DNA of 64,000 nucleotides, from the NCBI GenBank assembly GCA_002269645.1, contig NIVC01001772.1, positions 1-64,000 of the forward strand. Reading direction: 5' to 3'. The notes under the pieces were generated by a model that was given only the letters and a program-made list of their open reading frames with translations, was not told the origin of the DNA and ran no database searches. How positions within the stretch are numbered: position 1 is the first letter of the stretch; each line of letters opens with the position of its first letter. Positions 55,442 to 64,000 of this stretch are shown piece by piece. The translations under genes and the position numbers were made by a program. The DNA comes from Macrostomum lignano. Its lineage: Eukaryota.

Positions 55442-57833
55442 TGAAACAACATGAAAAACCAAAGTACAACCCCAACACTCTGCATTTCTTCAATTCACCC
55501 AGCTGTAAAATAGGTATCAGCATTAGCTGGGGTAATTGAGTGTGTGTGTGGTGACCCCCCCCCCCCCAGTCCTTGGACTCTGTGGCAGATCTAGTGTTTC
55601 ATTTTGGGGGGGGGGGCGCCAGCACGAGTATAAGGGGCGCCAAGTTTTAGCTGGGGGGGGGGGGCGGGCGCAAAAATGCGTGTAGGGGGCGAAAAGTCCA
55701 GCTTAGGGGGCACAAACTTTGGTTTTTAGGGGCGCAATATGTTCTGTCAAGTTATTTTGGGGGGAGGCGGGTGCCTCCCCCCCCTAAATCCGCCCCTACT
55801 TGGACTGAACAGCCGTACGCAGCCTTCAGATGCGCCGCGCAATAGCTGCGGCTGAGCTGTCGGTTGCACATCTGTCCATTAGGGCAGGTGTAATCAATTA
55901 TCGTAATTATAATTATTATTTGGAGTATGGCATTGAAAGATGGAAAAATTCTAATTTTTAGTTTAAGAAAATCCCATTAAAACCAATTTTATTCCAATTA
56001 TAATGACTTTACTAAAAATTACATAGTATACATGACACATTTTATGCCTTGTAGTTTGGCCCTGAAAAATGAACGCTCTATATAGAATATTCGTGAGACG
56101 GTTGTGTTTAGCCTGGCCATTCCGCTGACTCCCTGAGCACATATAAAAGCGCACGAATACTGTACGCAGGCACTGGGCACTCATACGCACTTTCTAACCG
56201 TCAGGCATGTGCACTCTCTGTGCCTTGGGGGGTGTGGGGGTTGGTAAATCTCACGACAACCGTCTGTCTGGGCCAATTTTTTTGTGCACCGTAGCCGATC
56301 ACCGAATCGAACCTAAGGACTCCATTTCGGTGTCAAAATATAATGTTTAGTATCGATATTCGAAATTCTGTTGTGCAATAACTATAGCTGCGTTATTGGC
56401 GGCTTCCGCGATAGCTACTAAAGATGTTATCGATGTCCCTGGCTAGAGAATTTAGATGGAGAGAGCTGAAAGTAAGTGAAGGGAAGAGGGAGTTGCCGAA
56501 TGAGGAAACCGATCAAGTAGGTTTCTGCTTATAAAAATGAGATTTCTTATTGATGAGAAAAAGTCTCTTGCGTCTTTTCCCCGTATTTTTGCGGGAGTAT
56601 ACGAAATTATTCAAAAAATAATTTAGCAAAAATTCTCAAGATGTTGGTTCTTATTTTAGATTTGTACTTTGTACTTTTCTAGTACAGTTTCAATCTCTTC
56701 TTCGCCAGAGACAAAACACTTACATTTGTTGCTAGGGAAAATTCAATTGAGAAAGGCCAAGTTTCTCCAGGATAAATACCTCCGAGAGACAAGTTTCTCT
56801 ATGAATTCTTCCTATTTGAGAGACATTTCTCAAGGATAAATTCCCCTAGGAGAGAAAATGCCTCGAGATGAACTTCGCCTAGAAGAGACAATTTCCTCAA
56901 GGAAAAATTCCCTCAGGGCAGAGAATTTCCTCAAGGAAAAATTCCCTCAGGGCAGAGAATTTCCTCAAGGATAAATTTCTTTAGGACAGAGGATTTTCTC
57001 AAGTATGAATTCCCTTAGGACAAAGAATTTCCTCTAGGATAAATTCACCTAGGACATGAGATTTCCTCGAGGATAAATTCCCCTAGGACAGAGAATTTTC
57101 TCGAAGATAAATTCCCCTGGACAGGGAATTTCCTCGAGGATAAATTATCCTATCGTATGCTCCAGAATATGTTTCTCGCGATTGCCAAACCACTTGCACA
57201 GTATCTGTGATGTAACGACTTCAACATGTCATAACTAAAACAACATCTGTCTCATATTTTATTTCAAATTGCCAGCTGAAATCGCCTGTCTCAGAGAACA
57301 GCAGCAGCAACACCAGCACAAGCCTTCGCGAGATGTCAACTACCACGTGTACAGTACAACTCAGCCGCAGCCGCCGCTGTCTCCCCAGCCTCCGCAGCCT
57401 CATCAGCATCACCAGTCTCTGTTAGCCTCAGCCCGGGCTGAATGCATCAGACTCCGCTCCGAGCTGTTCTCTGCCAGATCCGCCCTGGCTAGCGAGCGAT
57501 CAGCCGCCATTGCCGCGTCGCGCGAATGGCGCAAAGTCATGTCAGAGCGCGACGAGGTGCACAACGAGATTCGCCAATTAACTGCGCGTTGCGAGCGCGC
57601 CGAATTGGCGCTTAGTAGCGCGCTAGAAGAGCGCGATAGATTAAGAGCGGCGACGGCGGCGTTCGCTGTGACCTCGGAGGACGCGGAATGCGGAGATGAT
57701 TATCAGGATCGGGAAGGATTTCCTAGCGAACTGGTTGACAACCAGCTGACACTGCTGTGCGTGGATATCCGGCCCATTGTTGATGACTGCGGCTTCCAGG
57801 TGAGGTGGGGCTTGGCTGGGATGGACAGAAAGG

Positions 57834-57878
<45 letters not shown>

Positions 57879-57880
57879 GG

Positions 57881-57920
<40 letters not shown>

Positions 57921-57958
57921 TAGACAAACAGACAGACAGACACACGGACATCGGACAC

Positions 57959-58011
<53 letters not shown>

Positions 58012-58012
58012 A

Positions 58013-58057
<45 letters not shown>

Positions 58058-61000
58058 GGCAATCAGAGCAGTCCATCCTCAACCCGACTCCGGCTCATTT
58101 GCAGCTGTCCGCTTTGCCGGACCCCAGCGGCTATCACCGCATTGTCAGCGTCACCCCGGGCGGTCCAGCCCACGCCGCCGCCGACCCGTCGAATCCTCAC
58201 CATTGCCTTCGCCCCGGCGATTGGCTTCGTCGAATCAACGGCGTCGACGTTGCCGGTTGGTCGGCGAGCGCCGCTTTGTCGGCGGTTTCGGCCGCCGCTC
58301 CGGCCTGTCAGCTGGTGGTTGCTAGGCAACCAGACGCCGATGCCGCTAACAGCAGCTGCACTACACAGCTAGTCCAGTGCGTCGTGAGCGCATCGGACAG
58401 GCCGCTGGGCGATCTGCTTCAAGTCGAGGCAGGCTTCTACGTCAAACAGTTGCTATCGGCCTCAGCTGCCGCTGCTTCTGCATCAATCGGACCCCTCAGC
58501 ATTGGCGACCGGATTCTGGCCATAGACGATCGGCCATTGGACGGCTTAAGCCTAGTGGAAGTTCGTCGATTATTAGCCAAGCGTTGTAGCCGATTTCTAG
58601 TTGCTAGGCAAGGATTCAATAGTAATCATAGTAGTAATAATAATAACATCAGTAGCAGTCCCGCTATTACTATTAGTAGTAGCAGCAGCAGTAGGCAGAT
58701 GGTATCGCCAGACTCCGCCGTCAGCTCAATGATGACCAAGTCGCCGTCATCTGGCGTCTGCAGCAACGGCAGCAGTGCAGCTAGCGGCTGCGGCGGAGGC
58801 CCCGCTGGAGAGCAGCGATCCAGCCTGTCTGTTATCGATAAGCTGTTGAGCCGACTGCGGTTCACCTCTCTCGGATCGTCCAATAGCACTGCTGCTGCTG
58901 CTGCCGCTAATAAAAAGCAGCAACAGCAGAAGCAGAAATTGCAGCAAAACCAGGTAAGCTTTTTTAAAAGCTTAAATCAGTTATATATTTTTTCTTTGAT
59001 CTTGACCGCAACCTGAGACTGTTTTACACCCGAATCTGAGTCTAGTTTACTCCGCAATCTGACACTAATTTAGACCGCAATCTGACACTAATTTAAACCG
59101 CAATCTGACACTAATTTAGACCGCAATCTGACACTAATTTAGGCAGCAATCTGACACTAATTTAGGCAGCAATCTGACACTAATTTAGGCAGCAATCTGA
59201 CACTAATTTAGGCAACAATCTGACACTAATTTAGACCGCAATCTGACACTAATTTAGGCAGCAATCTGACACTAATTTAGGCAGCAATCTGACACTAATT
59301 TAGGCAGCAATCTGACACTAATTTAGGCAACAATCTGACACTAATTTAGACCGCAATCTGACACTAATTAGACCGCAATCTGACACTAATTTAGGCAGCA
59401 ATCTGACACTAATATAGGCAGCAATCTGACACTAATTTAGGCAACAATCTGACACTAATTTAGACCGCAATCTGACACTAATTTAGACCGCAGGCAATCT
59501 ATATATATATGGGGGCTGTAGCCTAGTGGTTAAGGTGTCTAACTCGCGACTGAAAGGTCGGAAGTTCGATTCAACCCATTCGGAACAGTCTGTGTCCTTG
59601 AGCAAAGACACTTAACTCTGCATTGCTTCAGTTCACCCAGCTGTAAAATGGGTGCCAGCATTAGCTGGGGTGATTGATGGTGGGTGTGGCGACCCCCCAA
59701 TCCTTGGACTGAACAGCCGTACGCAGCCTTCAGATGCACTGCGCAATAGCTGCGGCTGAGCTGTCGGTTGCACATCTGGCCCTATAGGGGCAGGTGCAAT
59801 CAATTACAATTATTATTAGTATTATTCATATTTAGTCTGACTGATATCACAGATCATCACCTCATCGACTGCAGCTATTTCAATACACGTCGATTTATAA
59901 ATATTCGTCTCTCTCTTTTGACGCCATTGAGGCATGAAATTGCACTGTGAATATAATCTATATTATGTACAATATAGTCCTGCTTGGATAGATCGATATT
60001 TCTTCGTTCCTAGGAGCTAATCATTATATCATCCTTATTTAACGTACAGGCTGTACCATGATAACCTCAAGAAGGCTCTCTTCGATAACTGTTCTCTTTC
60101 GCTTCTTTGGGTTCCTAAGTATATAAAGCAGTATAATAAAGCTTAGCGATTAGCAGAGCTTGATGAGCACTAACTTCGCTTGACATCGAATTGAGTTATC
60201 GATTATTTCCCTTTCCTGACTTGCTTCCCTCCGTGTCTTCTGCTCACTAGCTCTGTTTCCAACTTGGAGAAAATCTTATTTAAAAGACTTTTGAGAATCA
60301 GTTTAGCGGCTAATGCATTGGCTGGATTCGTCTATCATGATCTGATCAATCAATCAACTGTAGTTCAGGGTCCTGTCGTATCTACTCTGTGTAATCAGAT
60401 TTTTGCAATGATAGGCGATGTTTGATCGATAATTCTTGACAACATTTTACTACTGGAGTTTGATTTCTGCAGAGTTTAAATGCTTGATTTTCGATTTTAT
60501 ATAAAGAGAGCAAGGGAGGGATGATAGAGAGAGAGTAGCGAGGGAGGCAAGTGAGTAGAGCAAGGGAGGGGAGAGAGTAGAGCAAGGGAGGGGAGAGAGA
60601 AGATCAAGGGAGGGGAGAGAGAAGAGCAAGATAGGGAGTTAAGAGAGAAGATCAAGGGAGGGGAGAGAGAAGAGCAAGATAGGGAGTTAAGAGAGAAGAT
60701 CAAGGGAGGGGAGAGAGAAGAGCAAGATAGGGAGTTAAGAGAGAAGATCAAGGGAGGGGAGAGAGAAGAGCAAGATAAGGATTAAAGAGAGTAGATCAAG
60801 GAGGGGAGAGAGTAGAGCAAGAGAGGGAGTTAAGAGAGTAGAGCAAGGAGGGGAGAGAGTAGAGCAAGGAGGGGAGAGAGTAGAGCAAGATAGGGAGTTA
60901 AGAGAGAAGAGCAAGGGAGGGGAGCGAAAAGAGCAAGGGAAGGGAGAGAGTAGGGCAAGGGAAGGGAGAGAGTAGGGCAAGGGAAGGGAGAGAGTAGGGC

Positions 61001-62002
61001 AAGGGAAGGGAGAGAGTAGAGCAAGGGAAGGGAGAGAGTAGAGCAAGGAAAAGGAGAGAGTAGAGCAAGGGAAGGGAGAGAGTAGGGCAAGGGAAGGGAG
61101 AGAGTAGAGCAAGGAAAGGGAGAGAGTAGAGCAAGGGAAGGGAGAGAGTAGGGCAAGGAAAGGGAGAGAGTAGAGCAAGGGAAGGGAGAGAGTAGGGCAA
61201 GGGAAGGGAGAGAGTAGGGCAAGGGAAGGGAGAGAGTAGGGCAAGGGAAGGGAGAGAGTAGGGCAAGGGAAGGGAGAGAGTAGGGCAAGGGAAGGGAGAG
61301 AGTAGAGCAAGGGAAGGGAGAGAGTAGGGCAAGGGAAGGGAGAGAGTAGGGCAAGGGAAGGGAGAGAGTAGAGCAAGGGAAGGGAGAGAGTAGAGCAAGG
61401 GAAGGGTGAGAGTAGGGCAAGGGAAGGGAGAGAGTAGGGCAAGGGAAGGGAGAGAGTAGGGCAAGGAAAGGGAGAGAGTAGAGCAAGGGAAGGGAGAGAG
61501 TAGGGCAAGGGAAGGGAGAGAGTAAAGCAAGGGAAGGGAGAGAGTAGGGCAAGGGAAGGGAGAGAGTAGAGCAAGGGAAGGGAGAGAGTAGAGCAAGGGA
61601 AAGGAAGGAGTAAGATAGACTGTATCGGTGACAGATGAAGCATAAGGGTGAGCACTATAAAAATTAATGAGCACTAACTCACCCATCCACTTGACAAAAC
61701 ATGCCCGGCAGCAGCCGCCTGCCTCGCAACCGCCAGCAGCCGCCGCACCGTCGGCCACATCGCCGGCAGTTTGGCACCGGGTTCGAGCCGCAGCTGACTA
61801 CATCGGCAGTGGCAGCGCCGGTGGCCAGTTGTTGAATTTCCATCGCGGCGATCTTCTGCTGGTGGGTCCGCGCCAGGTAGACAGCCAGGTAGCCAACACT
61901 GGATTGACAGGTGCAGCTGGTTGGCGATTCGCCTGGCTAGTGGATGAGAGCACGGGTGCCAGGGTTCGAGGCGGACTCGTGCCTGATCATTGCTTCGTGT
62001 AG
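46367..62002 (+). CDS. DLG5: DLG5-like MAGUK scaffold (coiled coil, 2 PDZ, SH3; no GUK seen); 5' exons not located
   Basis: Phase-consistent exons 46367-46963, 57276-57799, 58105-58953 and 61712 (or 61715)-62002 (TAG). [12 protein letters not shown] resembles the DLG5 coiled-coil motif. PDZ1 [24 protein letters not shown]; PDZ2 [18 protein letters not shown]; SH3 [29 protein letters not shown]. Confidence 0.78.
47205..47840. repeat. (CAGA)n satellite with CACTAAGA interruptions
   Basis: Reverse complement of the 28-32 kb satellite type. Confidence 0.95.
48310..49060. repeat. Minisatellite, 42-bp unit (GAGAAAATGACTGAGTACAGTAGAATATTGAGACGCAATGGT)
   Basis: 14-codon period in the [17 protein letters not shown]; intronic. 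Confidence 0.95.
49815..50750. repeat. Pyrimidine-rich minisatellite, 31-bp unit (CACTCTGTCACCCTCTCCCTCTGTCAGCCCT)
   Basis: Direct reading; explains the 408-aa and 368-aa artefact ORFs. Confidence 0.95.
52670..53000. repeat. Minisatellite, 22-bp unit (CCATTCTCATTATCCGCCCCTG)
   Basis: Direct reading. Confidence 0.93.
54040..54310. repeat. Minisatellite, 28-bp unit (CTCAGTTGCTAGGCCAGCCTCCCAGATC)
   Basis: Direct reading. Confidence 0.93.
55145..55477. mobile_element. Solo LTR (333 bp) containing a (GA)n run
   Basis: Begins TGTT, ends AACA, flanked by a 5-bp TSD CTCTG (55140-55144, 55478-55482). Confidence 0.8.
55580..55798. mobile_element. GC-rich hAT-type MITE
   Basis: 8-bp TSD CTTGGACT (55572-55579, 55799-55806); imperfect TIRs CTGTGGCAGATCTAG / CTAAATCCGCCCCTA. 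Confidence 0.8.
56085..56335 (-). mobile_element. Diverged SINE family A copy
   Basis: CCATTCCGCTGACTCCCTGAGCAC, CATACGCAC and AGGCATGT blocks match family A; B-box GGTTCGATTC on the minus strand. Confidence 0.6.
56790..57150. repeat. Degenerate ~34-bp minisatellite (TTCCTCAAGGATAAATTCCCCTAGGACAGAGAAT)
   Basis: Direct reading. Confidence 0.8.
57834..58058. repeat. (CAGA)n microsatellite in the DLG5-like intron 57800-58104
   Basis: Direct reading. Confidence 0.95.
59035..59492. repeat. Minisatellite, 23-bp unit (CAATCTGACACTAATTTAGACCG / CAATCTGACACTAATTTAGGCAG)
   Basis: Direct reading. Confidence 0.95.
59511..59830 (+). mobile_element. tRNA-derived SINE, family B, intact copy
   Basis: GGGGGCTGTAGCCTAGTGG, AGTTCGATTC, then TGTGTCCTTGAGCAAAGACACTTAAC..CAGCTGTAAAATGGG (resembles the CORE/MIR-type domain) and an (ATT)n tail. 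Confidence 0.87.
60500..61610. repeat. Polypurine minisatellite, 22-bp unit (GGGAAGGGAGAGAGTAGGGCAA)
   Basis: Direct reading; explains the long minus-strand LSLPLPYS ORFs. Confidence 0.95.
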
Positions 62003-62857
62003 GATTCAAGGAATTAGTGTCTTGGAAATTCAAGATAATAAATAAATCATTCTTGTCATGCGCGTTCTGACGCTTCACGAAAGTAGTTATTTAGAATATT
62101 GGCTTCTAAAATTAATTTTTAAAGAAAAAATTACTTTTGCATCAGTGAATGTGCTGACAACTTGATTATTTTATCTAAACATTTGGCTGTGTTTATTTAT
62201 GAATGTATATATATTCCCTTTAGTCTGTTTGTAGTTGTTTGTTGATGCAAAATATTGTTGTGACAATTGTGACATTTGTGGGATTTTCAAGATTTCCAAG
62301 TGTTTTGTTGTTTATGTCTATAGTCATTCCCTGAAGTAATTTGCAACGTGATTTTCAAATATTTGTGCAGTTTTATCAATAAGTAGCTAATATTGGTTAT
62401 TATATAAACATTTTTGCAATCTGACTAAACAGTATTTACTTCTGTGTACTTTCTGTGAATGTATATTTGCTAAAAAATAAATATATAAATACGAATAAAT
62501 ATATGCGTCAGGCACTACTTGATTTGATTGCTATTATTTTTTGTTCTCTGTAGTAGCATATCACTAATTTTTTACATTAATTCTGAACTTTGGATGCTAA
62601 AATTTACGTCTAGAATAAATCATGGTTACAATATGCTACTAAGCTACTTTCCAACTCAGTAGCATTATCAGCTAGGTAACTTTGTGTCCACCTAAATTTT
62701 TTTGACCATTTTCTTTTTTAACTGATTAAATCTTCCCCGATATGTAGCGTAGAATATTTCATAAAGGCAGCGTTTATCGTACACTTAATCAATAATATAT
62801 ATTAATTTATTAAATTTCTGCTGGAAAGCTTCTGCAACAGATTGAAAAAAATCTACA

Positions 62858-64000
62858 ATGAATTATTGTTTGTTAATATTAGAAATGCTCTTATCGCTAC
62901 TCATAGTAGGCAGATCGGATTCAACAGGCCTGCAAATGGTTGCGGTATCGGCGCCGACAATGTCGCCAGCTGCCATGAATTGCACCGCATTTCAATACGC
63001 TCTGAGCAGGGCCAGTGCCGAGCTCACCGACTGCATGTGCCGCGCGGCCAGGCCGTTCACTCTGTGCGCTCACTGCTACCACACCCGGGCCAAGTATGCG
63101 GACCTGCACCAGCTGCTGGTGAAGGACAATGGCAAGGATTTGAGTGCTGCCCCGGATGGCACCAGCTGTAGGAAGTACCTGATGCAGCTGGATTCTGTGC
63201 AGGTGGGCGATTGGCTGCTTGCGGTAGATTGGCAGATAGATAAAGATATTAGATCGGAAGTAGATCCGATTCCTGGAATATACACCAGATTCTTAGAAAG
63301 TAGATCCGATTCATAGAAAGTAGATCAGATTCCTAGAAAGTAGATCAGATTCTTAAAAAGTAGATCAGATTCCTAGAAAGTAGATCAGATCCTAAGAAAG
63401 ATCAGATTCTCAAAAAGTAGATCAGATTCTTAAAAAGTAGATCAGATTCCTAGAAAGTAGATCAGATTCCTAGAAAGTTGATCAGATCCTAAGAAAGTAG
63501 ATCAGATTCTTAAAAAGTAGATCAGATTCCTAGAAAGTAGATCAGATTCCTAGAAAGTAGATCAGATTCCTAGAAAGTAGATCAGATCCTAAGAAAGTAG
63601 ATCAGATTCTTAAAAAGTAGATCAGATTCTTAGAAAGTAGATCAGATTCCTAGAAAGTAGATCAGATACTTATTAAGTAGATCAGCTCGATAGAAGTTGG
63701 ATAGTAAGGTGCATTAACGTATGCAGCAAAGGTGACAAGAATTATCGAGTTTAGTCGGATATAAACGAGGCCGAATCTGTCGTGTCAATTAGTTAGGTGC
63801 TGCAAGGAAACAGCAAAGGTCACAGACCATTCCGTATTGATCAAAACTGATTTCTCCTTCTATCATCGAAAGGTTCTCTCCAGAACTCGAGATTTTGTCG
63901 AGTCTGTGTGGCGCAGCAGCAACTGCAACAACTGCTTCTCATCAAACGGCGGCAGTAGCCAGAACGACAGTCTGCCCAGGTACCGCAGTGATCTGGATCA
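62858..64000 (+). CDS. OSTM1: Osteopetrosis-associated transmembrane protein 1 homolog (5' part)
   Basis: Exon 62858-63202 and exon 63873 to the window end, joined in phase 0. Signal-peptide-like N-terminus, then SAELTDCMCRAARPFTLCAHC, SCRKYLMQLDSVQ and WRSSNCNNC, matching the recalled OSTM1 cysteine pattern. Confidence 0.85.
63225..63690. repeat. Intronic minisatellite, 20-bp unit (AGAAAGTAGATCAGATTCCT)
   Basis: Direct reading; in OSTM1 intron 1. Confidence 0.95.

Larger units (their letters stand above)
55021..55920 (+). mobile_element. tRNA-derived SINE, family B (CORE/Meta-like central domain), interrupted by two insertions
   Basis: A-box TAGCCTAGTGG and B-box GGTTCGATTCC. Once 55145-55477 and 55580-55798 are removed it is collinear with the intact copy at 59511; it ends in an ATT-rich tail. 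Confidence 0.85.

Overview
Eukaryotic (metazoan) genomic DNA with GT-AG introns, GC-rich exons and AT-rich, repeat-packed introns. The style (TCTG satellites, poly-Ala/Pro/Gln exons) suggests a repeat-rich invertebrate such as a macrostomid flatworm, but this is inference only. Four spliced genes lie on the + strand, each reconstructed by hand with phase-consistent splice sites: an atypical CDK-family kinase (7420-12003), coatomer beta COPB1 (21396-26945, 983 aa), a shortened DLG5-like MAGUK (46367-62002, 5' end not located) and OSTM1 (62858 to the window edge). The rest consists of about 20 minisatellite or microsatellite arrays, including a 4.3-kb TCTG satellite with higher-order structure. 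There are also non-autonomous hAT and Harbinger-type elements with target-site duplications, a degenerate Gypsy pol fragment inside a hAT element, a solo LTR and two tRNA-derived SINE families. Most long ORFs in the supplied track are tandem-repeat artefacts. No CRISPR, rRNA or true tRNA gene was found. The main leads are the non-canonical CDK, the GUK-less DLG5, the Gypsy fragment carried by a DNA transposon, and the apparent relatedness of distant 19-23 bp minisatellites.
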